The notes below the pieces were generated by a model. The model ran no database searches. It was not told the DNA's origin and saw nothing but the letters and a program-made list of their open reading frames with translations. A DNA stretch of 64,000 bases from the human T2T-CHM13v2.0 reference genome, Homo sapiens, in assembly GCA_009914755.4 (NCBI GenBank), contig CP068257.2, forward strand, positions 34,752,001 through 34,816,000. Reading direction: 5' to 3'. This document shows positions 31,127-50,948 of the stretch, in pieces (the first letter of the stretch is position 1; every line of letters begins with the position of its first letter). The translations under genes and the position numbers were made by a program.

Positions 31127-31567
31127 TCACTTGGCTGGAGGTAAGCAGGGCCTCCATGATTCTCAGGTATAGCAAGGGCTGGTCACTACTGATCTGGGAA
31201 GATCCCTACACGAGGCAACAGAAGACAGGCAGGTCGAGCGTTGGATCTGTCTGGCAGCAGGCAGTTTACTATCTTGGCAGGTAGGTAGAGAGTTTTGCTA
31301 GCAGACAGCAGAGACCCAGCCAAAACACTGGTATTTAGGAATAGGAAGGATTTTGACTTTCAAATAATTGGCAAATGAAAATAGGACCCTTTTTGTAAAG
31401 GAATCAAGGCTACCGAGGCAGGCAGCGAGGTGCGGGGAGCAAGCTGGTTACTGGCTTCACACGGGGACATGGTGCAAATGCATCCAAGGAACCAGGGTAA
31501 GGCAGTGTGGGCTGGGCGCTGACAGGCACTGAGAGGTCACACCTGTGAAGTAAGAATAGTAATGCTT

Positions 31568-31857
<290 letters not shown>

Positions 31858-32285
31858 TATGTGTATATATATGTTTTTGTATATATTATATATAATATAT
31901 ACTTTAATATGTTATATATTTATATTATATATAATATATTTTTATATTATACATAATATATATTTTTATATTATACATAATATATATTTTTATATTATAC
32001 ATAATATATTTTTATATTATACATAATATATATTTTTATATTATACATAATATATATTTTTATATTATACATAATATATATTTTTATATTATACATAATA
32101 TATATTTTTATATTATACATAATATATATTTTTATATTATACATAATATATATTTTATATTATACATAATATATATTTTTATATTATACATAATATATAT
32201 TTTTATATTATATATAATATATATTTTTATATTATATATTTTATATATATAAAAATATATCTATTACATATATATATATATGAAT
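31858..32285. repeat. AT-rich minisatellite: ~12 tandem copies of a ~24-bp unit (TATTATACATAATATATATTTTTA) plus degenerate (TA)n-rich flanks.
   Basis: Direct reading. Periodic ORF-track peptide YIIHNIYFYIIHNIYF at 31778..32026. Confidence 0.95.
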
Positions 32286-32313
32286 AGTAATGCCGGCTTC
32301 CTTGTGTTCTTAA

Positions 32314-32638
<325 letters not shown>

Positions 32639-32747
32639 TAGTAGTAAAAACTGTCCCAGACAGGTGTTAAAGAAATGTTGTTTTAAAAGATTAATGATTA
32701 CCAGTTTAATAATCCACTATTTTCTTTTTTTAAAGGGTGCATTTGTT

Positions 32748-32896
32748 AATAGCTGGATGTGGTGGCATGTGCCTGTAGTCCCAGGAGGCTGAGACGGGAG
32801 GATTGCTTTGAGCCCAGAAGTTCTAGGTTACAGCGACCTATGATTGCGCCACTGCACTCTAGCCTGGGTGACAGAGCGAGACTCTGTATCTAAAGA
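32748..32896 (+). mobile_element. Partial Alu (sense, 3' arm only).
   Basis: AGCTGGATGTGGTGGCATGTGCCTGTAGTCCCAGGAGGCTGAGACGGGAGGATTGCTTTGAGCCCAG...GAGACTCTGTATCTAAAG. Confidence 0.8.
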
Positions 32897-33336
32897 GTGC
32901 ATTCAGTTGGAAATTCTAATGAATCCACACAGATAGAAAGCAGAGGTCTCCTGGTCATCTTCCCACTGTCTGCCAGTCTCAGGCCCCAGACATGCCACTA
33001 TTGACCCTGTGGTTTGTGTTCTTAAGAGTTTTTAAAAATAATTTTAGAACCACATAAAACACACATATATACATATAGCTTTACCTAACAAAAATGTGTG
33101 GTCAGTTTTCATGAATGTTTACCCTTGCAGTGTTGTACAATTATTTGATTTGTAATGTGTTTCAGTTTCATTTATGATTATGTCAACAATAAATGACACT
33201 ATGTAAAGAAAACCATAGGCACATATAGCAGTTGGGAAGCGTTTATTTGTGAGTGTAAAGATTTGGAAAAATGTTTAAGCTTTGTGTGTAGAAAACAAAC
33301 AAAAAAAATAATAAAAATAAATTTTGTGTGCGACAG

Positions 33337-33430
33337 GCAAGAAGCTACCGGATGTTTCACGACGACAGCATGAAGTCTTTCTTCCGTAGACTGAGTTTCA
33401 CTCCCGACGGATCTTTGCTTCTCACGCCAG
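33337..33430 (+). CDS. CHAF1B: CHAF1B exon 8 ([31 protein letters not shown] + 1 nt).
   Basis: Acceptor tgtgcgacAG at 33335-33336. Donor CCAG|GTGTGT at 33431. Confidence 0.9.
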
Positions 33431-33738
33431 GTGTGTTTCGTAGCTTTGGACTTAAAGGAATGATGGCCGAGTGGGGATGTCTGCTCCCGTTTTACGCTGC
33501 AGCTTATCAGCTCAGTGAATGCTGATTAGAGTGGGGGTCCCCGACTTACCTGCCCACTGGAACCTCCAGGAGAGCTTCAAAAAACACATTGGTGCCTATG
33601 TCCCATCCCTAGAGATTGTAGTGTATGTAATTGGTCTGGGTGGCCTGGCTTTTGGAATTTTAAGAAGATTTCCAAGTGATTGTAATGTGCAGAAAAGTTT
33701 GGGAGTAATGAGTTTAAAATGATAGGCATTTTCTCTTA

Positions 33739-34060
<322 letters not shown>

Positions 34061-34671
34061 AAACTTTACTATTTAAACCCTTTCAATGAATGCTTTTTCA
34101 TTCATTAACATGTGTATGGAAGCCATAGCGCTAAAGCCAAAGATAAAGCTCCTTTATTGTTTTTATTCTCCTCAATAAAGCGCATTTGTGACAGGATTAG
34201 ACTCATGGACAAACTTGTGGAAGCAGCAGTGGTCAAAATCAAAAGGTCAGCCAAGTAGCAAGGACTAGATAGGTTTATTGTCCCTATGTCCCTAGGAAGG
34301 CAAGGGGCTCAGCCCAGCAAGATAAGGCTAGGCATTATTGTGGCCACAGTGTTCTCAGAGGAGAATGTCTGCTCATTGCCGTGGCTCCAGGACCATCCTG
34401 TGCATAGAGATGACAACATAGCCCAGGGTTGGGCCAAACGGGAGGGCACTGTCTTGGTTTGCCACTGAGTCCCATCCCAGCTGAGCCAGGGAGGGCCTGA
34501 GAAGGGCGTGAATCACACATGCAGCTGTGTGGGTGGGGCTTTAAAGAACACTGCGGAACATGTGCGAATGACACTTTGGCCCAAGAAGTCTCAGGACTAA
34601 GAATAAGTAGTTGTTTAGGTTATATTTACTAAAGTTAGTTATTAAAAGTTATTCACTAAACCCAGTAATAA

Positions 34672-35628
<957 letters not shown>

Positions 35629-36000
35629 CCCAGTAGCAAATCCTTTACTATTTGGCCACTCTAAAAATATTTTCAATTAAAATCAAGTAGCAAATGGATG
35701 TCTGTTATCAACGTTATTGTTCTTTGTGGTGTTAGTAAGTGTGGGAAAAACAGGAAAATGAAATTACAAAGATTGGAAAAGAACAGATAAAAAACTGCAA
35801 TAGGATTGTATTTCTAGAAAATCCAAGAGATTTTAAAAATAGTATTAGAATTTTTAAAATAATTTGATAAGATGGCTGGATATTATAAAATATATAAAAA
35901 TTCCTATCTTTCGTCTATATTGGCAGTGAGTACTTAGAAATGGAAGGAGGAGAAATATTTCATTCAGAGTAGTGCAAAACCTGCAAAATACATAGAGTAA

Positions 36001-36308
36001 ATTTATTTATTTATTTATTTTTTGAGACAGGGTCTCACTCTGTCACCCAGGCTGGAGTACAGTGGTGTGATCATGGCCCACTGCATCAGCCTTGATCTCC
36101 TGAGTTCAGGGAATCCTCCCACCTCAGCCTCCCTACTAGCTGGGACCACAGGCGTGTAGCACCATGCCTGGCTAATTTTCTTATTTTTTTGTAGAGACAT
36201 GGTCTTGCTATGTTGCCCAGGCTGGTCTTAAACTCCTGGGCTCAAGCACCCCTTCCGCCTCGGCCTCCCAAAGAGCTGGGATTACAGGTGTGAGCCACCA
36301 CACCCAGG
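36001..36308 (-). mobile_element. Alu (antisense, older-looking), intron 8. TSD AGTAAATTTA.
   Basis: (TTTA)n head, GAGACAGGGTCTCACTCTGTCACCCAGGCTGGAGTACAGTGGTGTGATCATGGCCCACTGC. Confidence 0.9.
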
Positions 36309-36814
36309 CAGAAGTAAATTTAATGAGAAAGGGGCAGGACCTTTATGGAGAAGTCTAGAAGGTCTTACTGAAGGTTATAAAGCAAGTTCTGAACAAATGG
36401 AAAGATATGTCGTGTTCTAACAATTAACATACTAATTTCATTTCCAATTAGAATTGCATTAAAGTTTTTTTTTAATTGGATGAAATCTCAGCTTTGTTTA
36501 GTAGAATAAATGCTGAAGAATAGCCAAAGAAGTATTAAAAAAAAAACAGTGATACTTGGGAGGGCATTTGCCTCACCACATATCAGAAGATCCTATAACA
36601 CTACTTTTAGCCAATCAATATGGTGTTGCTATAGGACCAAACAAATAGATTAGTGGACCAGAACACAGAATCCAGAAAAAGATCTCAGGATATAAGGCGA
36701 TTTAATATATGACCTCAGGTGCTGTTCCAGTGGAAAAAAATCTATTATTTATTTGTAATTAATTGTATGTTACTTAAATAATTCTCAAGAGAATTAGACA
36801 CTGAAGGCAGATAG

Positions 36815-37180
<366 letters not shown>

Positions 37181-37600
37181 TGACAGATGAAATTGTATGT
37201 AGTTGTGTATGACATGATGTTTTGAAGTATATATATGTTGTGGAATGACTAAATCTAGCTAATTAGCATAGCATGGTCTCACATAATTAGGATTTCTGTG
37301 GTTTGAACGCTTTATATCTCTTAGCATTTTTCAGGAATATAATACATTGTTATGAACCATAATCACCATGTTGTACAAGAGATGGATCTTGCAAAGGGAG
37401 GACTCTATTATTGAATGAGTAGTGCTGGGGTAGCCAGCTATGTGGAAGAAGGTAAAATTGGACCCCTTGCCTAGATGTAAAAAATAAATTCCAGGTGAAT
37501 TCAGTACTTAAACACAAAAGGTAAAAATAGAAAACTCTTGTAAGGAAATATAGGAGGACATTCTAGGAATGGAGAAGACCCAATTAAGACTGGAAACTGG

Positions 37601-37930
<330 letters not shown>

Positions 37931-38273
37931 TTATAGTGGTAAAAAACCAAAAGCCAAAAAAATACTCATTAACAGAGGCTGGGTGAATGAATCTTGCAGT
38001 AAATATTATGCAGCTACAAAAAAATAATGCATCAGTGCTATGCAAGTTAACTTTCATGAGTAGTTGATTGAAACAAGCAAAATAAGGAGAAGTGTCAGTT
38101 TTGTAAAACAAATGGACTCAATAAAAAATATCATAGAGGTATACATGTGATTGAGTTATAACTGATTGTAATGATTATGTGAGCATGGAGGAAATATACA
38201 GATGACATAATGGTTTGTTGAATGTTAAAATGGATTTCTTGGGGATGGAAGAATGGAGTGGGATGAAAAGAGG

Positions 38274-38627
<354 letters not shown>

Positions 38628-39269
38628 CTACTGCCCTCCCTGGTGGATATGAAACAGTCATATGTAAAGTTACGTGTGTGTATATGTATCAAGAAATAGC
38701 ATAAAACAGGGAGATGTTTCCAAGAGCAGCAGTGTATGATGGTCACTCTGACAGGGCTGAACTGTTTTAAGTACAGCAGGGGGTGAGTGTAGAAGAGCTC
38801 TCAGATGGGGACTGTTCCCCAGAGTGAAGTCAGGTTCTGAAGGAGGCTGGAGGTTTCAGCAGAGGGCAAGGTCTCCTGGCAGCCTCATGGCTGGATAGGG
38901 AAGTTGGGGAAAGGCGAGTCTCAGCCTTTGGATGGCATCCAAGGCTGGAATCCAGGAAATAGAGATGAGGGTCCTAGGGAGAAAGGAGCCTGGGCAGCTG
39001 AATCTAGTCACGGTGCTTCAATCGAGGAATTGCCTGGAGGCTCAACGGTGCCCTATGGCAAAGGCTCACTATGTTCTCCTCGCCCAAGATCAGAACCAGG
39101 TCCCCGGGGATTGCCCACAGGTAGGTGGAGATGACAGGTAGGTAGAACTGGAGTAAGGGCTGAGAACAGACAGTGCCGGAATATATGTTTTTGTGCTCTG
39201 TCACAACATTGTCCAGAGAATATAACTGCAGGGGGAAGTATTTTGCAAACCGGACCTGAAGGCTCTTGA

Positions 39270-39910
<641 letters not shown>

Positions 39911-39952
39911 TAGTCACAGTGCCTTTTCCTAACACTGCAATTAATCCATTAG

Positions 39953-40044
39953 GCCCATCGCTCATCTTCCATGTCCTGGAAAAGCCACTCTTGCTGTTCG
40001 CTGCTGTCCGGTCTACTTTGAACTGAGGCCAGTGGTGGAAACAG
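39953..40044 (+). CDS. CHAF1B: CHAF1B exon 10 ([31 protein letters not shown] + 1 nt).
   Basis: Acceptor aatccattAG at 39951-39952. Donor ACAG|GTATCC at 40045. Confidence 0.9.
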
Positions 40045-40212
40045 GTATCCTCAGAGCCTCAGGGGTGTGTTATGTTTTCTCTCCGAAACAGGTCACCAGA
40101 GTGGGGTGGAGATTTGGATTCTGTCTTATGGGGAAAGGTGGGTATCTGGGTTTGGTTCAGTTCAGTTATTTTAAAAATATTTTATTTTTACATTTAAATC
40201 TATTTATTTATT

Positions 40213-40377
40213 TATTTTGAGACCAGGTTATCAGCCTGGTTAATTTTTGTATTTTTGGTAGCGACAGCGTTTCACCATGTTGCCAAGGCTGGTCTTGAAC
40301 TCCTGGACTCAAGTGATCCACCTGCCTCGGCCTCCCAAAATGCTGGGATTACAGGTGTGAGCCCCTGTGCCCGGCCT
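40213..40377 (-). mobile_element. Partial Alu (antisense, left arm), intron 10.
   Basis: TAATTTTTGTATTTTTGGTAGCGACAGCGTTTCACCATGTTGCCAAGGCTGGTCTTGAACTCCTGGACTC...GTGCCCGGCC. Confidence 0.8.
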
Positions 40378-40488
40378 GGTTTAGTTATTTTTAAAAGCTG
40401 GAGCAAAGACTGGGGTTATCAAAATACATGTCAGTTTTTTTTTTTTTTTCTTTCTTCAGGATATATTTTCTTGCTTAAGGCACTTTAA

Positions 40489-41001
<513 letters not shown>

Positions 41002-41093
41002 TAGGTCCTTTGAAATTAGTTCCTGGCCTTTGATACTACTTACTTTTTTTGTTTTTTTCTTCTTCCAGTGTTTGATTTTGGAAGTCTCTATAG

Positions 41094-41516
<423 letters not shown>

Positions 41517-41689
41517 TAGAGTGCAGTTATAATAGCTCTTTTAATGTCCTTGTATACAGGTTGGTTTTGATTTTTTTCTCCTCATTGTGGGTCATATCTT
41601 CCTGTTTTTGTTTGCCTGGTACTTTTTGATTAGATACTAGACACTGACTTTTACTTTAGTGGATGCTGGATGTATTTTTATTCTTATAA

Positions 41690-41991
<302 letters not shown>

Positions 41992-42041
41992 CAGAAGCCT
42001 TGTTTCTGTGGTTTTACTTTGTCTCTGTCCCCAACCCCCAG

Positions 42042-42183
42042 GTGTGGAGCTGATGAGTCTGCCCTACCGCCTGGTGTTTGCTGTGGCCTCGGAGGATTCC
42101 GTGCTTCTGTATGACACCCAGCAGTCCTTCCCTTTTGGTTACGTGTCTAATATACATTACCACACCCTCAGTGACATTTCATG
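42042..42183 (+). CDS. CHAF1B: CHAF1B exon 11 ([47 protein letters not shown] + 2 nt).
   Basis: Acceptor aacccccAG at 42040-42041. Donor TG|GTGAGT at 42184. Confidence 0.9.
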
Positions 42184-42215
42184 GTGAGTGGCTGCTAATG
42201 AGGGAGAGTGAGTGA

Positions 42216-42606
<391 letters not shown>

Positions 42607-42743
42607 CCAATTTTGTTTTTTAAAGGAATCAACATTAAAAGGAAAGCCGTTTCTAGTTTGCCACAATACTTGCTTCTTATTTTCACACTGGTGGGTTTTG
42701 ATGGCATTCAGATTGCCTTGTGGGGTTAACTGGACTTTGATAA

Positions 42744-43298
<555 letters not shown>

Positions 43299-43462
43299 TG
43301 AAACTGCATGAGTGAGTCGCTATCACACACTCTTTTCCAGTTGTATCTTTTCCCTGGTTTTTGCCTTCAAACAAGCTTGTGATTTTGCTCGAACTTCCCT
43401 CTTCTAAGTAGATGTGAGAGTGTTGGTAAGGTCTGTAACTTTTCCCTGTTTTGGGGACGAAG

Positions 43463-43894
43463 GTCCAGCGATGGTGCCTTCCTGGCCATTTCTTCCACGG
43501 ACGGTTACTGCTCATTTGTGACATTTGAGAAAGATGAACTTGGAATTCCTTTGAAAGAGAAGCCAGTTTTGAACATGAGAACTCCTGATACAGCAAAGAA
43601 AACCAAGAGTCAGACACATCGAGGGTCTTCGCCAGGACCCAGACCGGTAGAGGGAACCCCTGCCAGCAGAACCCAAGACCCCAGCAGCCCCGGCACGACT
43701 CCCCCTCAGGCCAGACAGGCCCCAGCCCCAACAGTCATCAGGGACCCTCCCTCCATCACTCCTGCTGTCAAAAGCCCCTTGCCGGGGCCTTCGGAGGAGA
43801 AGACCCTGCAGCCCAGTAGTCAAAACACAAAAGCCCACCCATCCCGGAGGGTCACTCTGAACACACTGCAAGCCTGGAGCAAGACAACACCCCG
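43463..43894 (+). CDS. CHAF1B: CHAF1B exon 12, the largest coding exon (432 nt). It encodes the last WD-repeat segment and the S/T/P-rich disordered linker ([144 protein letters not shown] + 2 nt).
   Basis: Acceptor gggacgaAG at 43461-43462. Donor CCCG|GTAAGA at 43895. Coincides with ORF-track entry 43518..43898. Confidence 0.9.
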
Positions 43895-45167
43895 GTAAGA
43901 ACTTGTTGGAACAAGATGTCATTGCAAAATGAAACACAAAATGCAGACAGAACGCTCCCACCCTGCTGCAGGTGAAATTTCAGGCGGTGAATGCTTCATG
44001 CCAGTAGGTTGCCAGAGAGATTCTTAACTTCAAATCCGAGAGTGTCATTTCTTGCATATAGGCCTCTGTTTGTTCCTCCAGTTTCTGCCTGTCAGATAAA
44101 GCCCAGGCTCCTATGCACACACACAGACTGTGATTTGGCTGCAGCCTGTCATCCAGGACTGTGGCCACTCTCTCTCCTGAGTCTGTGGCCTTCATCTCCG
44201 GCCTAGTCCTGAATGTCATCTTCCCAGAGCACTCTCTGCCCTTTGAGGCCTCTGTCCTTCCCTTCTCTGGGGAAGCCCTGGACACCTCTTCCTCTTGGTG
44301 ATGCCAGGAGTCTCCTGAAAGACCCATTTCAATGTACCCTCTCTGTTTGCAGTCTTTGTGGCCCTTCAGCCTTTCCCTTGTCACCACACATCAGATTCCA
44401 TAGCAGGTGCTTTGATGCTCCAGTTCCCCTGCTGGTTGTGAGCCCCCAAGGACAGGAAGCAGGTCCCATTTTTTATTTATGCTGTTCTGCCCAGGATGTA
44501 GGCAATTCCAGGAGTGTCTTCCTGAGACTGCGTTTGATGTCTCCAGCAGCCTGGTCGGTGAGAAACGGAGGTCCTGATCTGATAACAAATAATCCCCAGG
44601 AGGTGCAGAGTCGTTTCTTCCCTGCTTACATCAGTGTGGCTGGCACGCACGCCTGTGTCTGCCACTTCTACTGGATACAGAGCCACTTAGCACATCCTTC
44701 TGCCGTCAGGCAGCACAGCCTCCTGTTTCCATTCTTCCCCTGCAGCTGATGTCCAGTTACCCCTCTGATCCTGTATAGTTCCTTCTCCACCAAGCCCTCT
44801 GCCTCCCAACCTTCCCATAAACTGAGTCACGAGGAGAGCTGGGAAGGGGGATGCAGAGGGGAGTGGTGGGGATGGTGAGCTGGACAGAAGCGCCCTGTGC
44901 CTCTCAGCCTCTCCTGCGCCAATAGGTCTTCTTTGGCAAGTTCATAATATGTGTATGGGTTGCTGGCTTTAACGCCCTCTTAAAATCTCTCATTTCTTTC
45001 TGCAGATTAGCAATGTATTTTACAATTTTTCTGTTTGTTTTTATGTGACGGAAGGTATTCCTTGAACTATTTTTGGTATTAAATTATTTTTCCCCTCTTG
45101 ATTTCTTCTGAATTATTTACCAAGCTTCTTGAAGATGTAATCTTTTGCAAACAAGAATAGTTGTTGA

Positions 45168-45491
<324 letters not shown>

Positions 45492-45873
45492 CAACGCTCT
45501 GGATTTTAAAAAAGTATTACCTGTGTTTCGACGCTTTCTATATATAGAAACCATATCTGACTGCCTTTTACAGCAGCCAGCAGAGTGTTCACAAGACCGT
45601 CGGTAATGAACAGAACACAGGTTTTGAAACTTTTCGATGACTGGTTATGGTTTAAGTTGACTGTTATAAATGTGATGGTTTAACTTAATACATGAATGTA
45701 ATCCTCAGTTATTAAACAAGTGGGCACATCTTACTATTTAATGCCTTGAACCAGAAGTTCAGCTGAAAATTTAAGTATTTCCTTTGGTAGTTTTGAAGGT
45801 TGGTATCATACATAAACAATTCCTGTGATACTAATGAGCCATCACCCCTCTACTTTTTTTTTTTTAAATCAAG

Positions 45874-45968
45874 GAGAATAAACTTAACACCCTTAAAGAC
45901 GGACACTCCACCAAGTTCTGTACCAACCAGTGTGATTTCCACCCCTTCTACAGAAGAAATTCAGTCAG
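45874..45968 (+). CDS. CHAF1B: CHAF1B exon 13 (R-RINLTPLKTDTPPSSVPTSVISTPSTEEIQS + 1 nt).
   Basis: Acceptor ttttaaatcaAG at 45872-45873. Donor CAG|GTAAGT at 45969. Confidence 0.9.
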
Positions 45969-46290
45969 GTAAGTAATATTGTTACTGGTTTAATATAATG
46001 AAAGGTAGAGTATCTTTTCTTTTGTTCTTTTGGAAATTAATGCCGCCTAATTTTAAGTCAGTTCTGAGACAGCAGGGATGCATCTTATTGGAACCATTGT
46101 TTAAACCCGCCGGCTGCCTGTTTACGCCTCAGCAGGGGGCACCTGGCCAGTGAGAGCATCCTGGTGAGCCAGGGAGTGGGTTCAGCAGGAGATTGTCTAG
46201 CTCAGGTTTCTCCACCTGATGACTGCTGACCTTGTGGGCCAGGCAATTCTTTGTTGTGGAGGACTGTCCTGTGTATTATGCGATGTTTAA

Positions 46291-46631
<341 letters not shown>

Positions 46632-46853
46632 TTGCCCATGACATTCAAAAATGCCACTAGACATTGCCCACTGTCCCTTGAGAGGCAAAATCGCCCCTGG
46701 TTGAGAGCCACTCTATAGAACTTCCATTATATCAGTATAGGATCTTGCCAGGCAGCTCAGTTCCGTGTCTTGGCTCTGTATTCTGTAAATGTCAGCCCTT
46801 GACTTCCAGAATTCTTCATTTACTTGCCAACCTTATGTTTGTTAATGTTGCAG

Positions 46854-46945
46854 AGACGCCTGGAGACGCTCAGGGCAGTCCCCCAGAGCTAAAGCGGCCC
46901 AGACTCGATGAAAACAAAGGAGGCACGGAAAGTCTGGACCCTTGA
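46854..46945 (+). CDS. CHAF1B: CHAF1B terminal coding exon (E-TPGDAQGSPPELKRPRLDENKGGTESLDP*), TGA at 46943-46945.
   Basis: Acceptor aatgttgcAG at 46852-46853. In frame with the carried nucleotide. Ends at the TGA that closes ORF-track entry 46745..46945. The summed CDS is 1680 nt, i.e. 559 aa. Confidence 0.9.
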
Positions 46946-47412
46946 TGGGACCTCGGCTTCTGCTCGAAGCCTACCAGGCTCCCGGTGTGTGCAGGGAGAC
47001 GGTAAAGCTGGAGGTGCCTGAGACCAGGGCTTCCATGGAGCGGGACACACTGTAAATGGATTTCTATAACAGAAGTGACATGTGTACTGATTTTTCTCCA
47101 GAAATATGGATGCTGTTGTATTCAGTATCCATTTTTAACTTGGGACATGAACGTTTTAACGTAGTAAATCCTCTTTTTGATGAGTTTCTGAAACTGGAGC
47201 GGTTCAACGTTATCCAGTGTGAAAATCAGTGAGTCCTCCCTGGCATCCTCGTGAAAGTGCACACACTTCATGGAGGGACTCCTTTTCAATAAGAATTAGG
47301 AAGATGAGAAAGTAATTTGAGATTTTACTCTGTCGAATTTTAGAGTATTTGAAGTGATTGTTAGATTTCACTTCTAAGGAGTTGATTGATTAAACTTTGG
47401 AAGGTAGTTGTG
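46946..47412 (+). other. CHAF1B: CHAF1B proximal 3' UTR, ending at an ATTAAA site. Transcripts may read through to a distal AATAAA at 49573.
   Basis: Unique sequence after the stop. ATTAAA at 47389-47394, followed at 47407-47425 by a GT/T-rich downstream element (gttgtgtttgttttctg). Confidence 0.55.
47389..47394 (+). terminator. CHAF1B: Polyadenylation signal ATTAAA with a GU-rich downstream element. Candidate proximal CHAF1B poly(A) site.
   Basis: The hexamer and downstream GU/U-rich element are seen directly. Confidence 0.5.
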
Positions 47413-47614
47413 TTTGTTTTCTGATTTTAAAGGTGACGATGCTTATTCTTTTAGTAACTAAGTGAAGTGAAAAAGATGGGTATCACCCATCATCTTCCCA
47501 CCAGAAGTAACCCTCGTTAATGTTGTAGTATATTTCCTTAGCATTTTTGTGGATCTATTTATTCTAAAAAGAGAATTGAGATTTTATTTCATATGCAATT
47601 TGGTATCTAAATAG

Positions 47615-48207
<593 letters not shown>

Positions 48208-48347
48208 CTAATTATTATATTTTTAGGGGAGACGGGGTTTTTCCATGTTGCCCAGGCTGGTCTCGAACTCCTGGGGCTCAAGTAATCCTCCCTCCCCAGC
48301 CTCCCAAAGTGTTGGGATTACAGGCGTGAGACACCATGCCTGGTCAA
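48208..48347 (-). mobile_element. Partial Alu (antisense, left arm).
   Basis: TTTAGGGGAGACGGGGTTTTTCCATGTTGCCCAGGCTGGTCTCGAACTCCTGGGGCTC...CACCATGCCTGGTC. Confidence 0.8.
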
Positions 48348-48596
48348 ATGGTATCTGTTTTGACGGGTGGTTCTCAACTGTAGCTGCATACTGAAATCAC
48401 CTAAGAGCTGACATACCAGTGCCTGGGTTCCCGCTTCGGAGGATTTGGCCTAATCGGTCTGGGGTATGTTCTGAATATTAGGATTTCTTAAAGCTCCTGG
48501 AGTAATTCTGATGCGCAGCCAAGATTGAGAAATCTAAGGGAAAAAACTTTCCCTGGATACGGTCTGTTCTGGTTAAATGCATTTCCACTGAAAGCA

Positions 48597-48890
48597 TTTT
48601 TTTTTTTTTCCGAGACAGAGTCTCGCTCTGTCACCCAGGCTGGAGTGCAGTGGCGCAATCTCCACTCACTGCAACCTCACCTCCTAGGTTCAAGGGATTC
48701 TCCTGCCTCAGCCTCTCCAGTAGCTGGGATTACAGGCACCCGCCACCACGCCCGGCTAATTTTTGTATTTTTAGTAGAGATGGTGTTTCACCATGTTGGT
48801 CAGGCTGGTCTCCAACGCCTGACCTCGTGATCTGCCCACCTCAGCCTCCCAAAGTGCTGGGATTACAGGCGTGAGCCACCGCGCCCAGCC
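48597..48890 (-). mobile_element. Alu (antisense). TSD GAAAGCATTTT. It forms an inverted pair with the sense Alu at 49148.
   Basis: Poly-T, CCGAGACAGAGTCTCGCTCTGTCACCCAGGCTGGAGTGCAGTGGCGCA. Confidence 0.9.
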
Positions 48891-49018
48891 GAAAGCATTT
48901 TCTTGATTATCTCTGCCCCGTCACTGATTGACATCCTCCTTTGCTGGGGCCGCGGACTGAAGGACAGTATGCAGGAGGTGCCATCAGCTCTTCTGAAAAG
49001 AGACAGCTTTCAGTGTCA

Positions 49019-49544
<526 letters not shown>

Positions 49545-49572
49545 TCATCCTTAAATATAAATCAAAATTGGC

Positions 49573-49578
49573 AATAAA
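49573..49578 (+). terminator. CHAF1B: AATAAA hexamer (gcAATAAAag). Candidate distal poly(A) signal for an extended CHAF1B 3' UTR.
   Basis: Canonical hexamer in unique sequence ~2.6 kb after the stop. Speculative. Confidence 0.25.
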
Positions 49579-50907
49579 AGACCAAGTGAAGTCACTTCAG
49601 TGTCATAGTCTAAAACTGCCTGCAACCATCTGGGCAGTGTATTGGGAAAGCTTTTGCAAAGGGAGCCCAGCCTGAAGGTTGGGCAGGCTTCCACCTTACA
49701 GTGGCTGCTGGGTTGAAGATCCTTCTCATGGTTCTGGATCTGTACTTGGAGGGGTCGTTGTTTCTGTTTTGAGCAGTATTTCCAGATGTCTCTAGCAACT
49801 CTACTGTTGAATATTAGTTCCTGCTGCTGGGGGTGCCTAGAAGAAAATCAGTCTCAGGCTTGGGGAGACTGCTTGGGAGAACTTGACCTGACTTCCCTGG
49901 AATCTGGGATTGTGAGGATAGGTCGGCGTTTGAAGGAAGAAAGTTGGAGGCTCAGCGTGGGCAGCAGAGGGTGAAGCCTTCATTTTATGCAGTGGCCCGT
50001 ACGGTGGACAGGGGTATGCGGTGCCTCCTCGGGTTATCGTGGATAACGGGCCCAGCCATCCTCAGCAAGTGCCCACAGGGCCAGGGCCCTCTAGCAGAGA
50101 GGGGCAGGAGGATGTGCCACGGGGCAGGGGAGAAAGTCTCCTGGGGTCCTCGTTTACTCCAGTTTCCTCCCTTATATCCACTTCCGTCGTCTTTGCTGAA
50201 AGCACATCTGTGTAACGATGCCCTTGGCCCTCCTTACCTAAATAGTTGTCAGCGTTCACTTAAACAACATAGGTTCCAAGTCCTTGGCTCTGGAAACATC
50301 AAATGGGGAGAGGGAGGAGGTGGAGGATGAGCTGCTCCAGCCCCTTCTTCCCTGGTCTGGGGTCTCCCAGGACTTCTGCAGCCTCCCTGGTTATTAAGCT
50401 ACAGTTCAACCTTGGGTGTGTGTGTAGGACAGACAGACTTGGACAAATTACTTCATGGGTCTGTGCCTGTTTCTTCATCAGAAAAAGTCTCTACAGCTAG
50501 AAAACCTTGGACTTTGTTTGCTTTGGTAGGGGAGAGGGGTAAGAGAAAATGTAGGGGGGGGTCACCCACAGAGAAACGAGAGACTGAGTTAATGCAGCTG
50601 GAAGCTGAGCCAGATTGTACTTCCCTTGCCTGGCATATTGAAGTAACACACTTGTTTTCATGCACAAATTCTCAGTGGCCACTGGGGGTCACTGTCCCCA
50701 CTGAATCCACTCAGCAGTCCTGCTTCCTTAGGCCTGAAGGTCCCATGTCTCCGCCCCACCTCCTCTAAGTGATCCGCGCCCCTGTCCGGTCTTGGGAACA
50801 GAGTGGCCTTAGATACCGGCTTCCGCCCCGATGGCCAGACCCAGAGTGGAACACTGTTGAGCAGACAGGGGTGGGAGAGGATGATGAAAGCAGTATGTGC
50901 ATGGCCA

Positions 50908-50948
50908 TGCCTTTGTTCATTCATTCATTCATTCATTCATTCATTCAT
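50908..50948. repeat. (TTCA)10 microsatellite.
   Basis: Direct reading cattcattcattcattcattcattcattcattcattca. Confidence 0.95.

Noticed and set aside
43512-43961. 149-aa minus-strand ORF overlapping CHAF1B exon 12, and a 178-aa ORF at 44213..44749 in intron 12.
   Set aside because: The first is an antisense frame shadow of the S/P-rich coding exon. The second has no splice or start context and no similarity to CHAF1B or other recognisable proteins.
49944-50330. 128-aa ORF ending in GGGGG downstream of the distal poly(A) candidate.
   Set aside because: Isolated. No splice or promoter context. G-rich low-complexity tail. Considered random.
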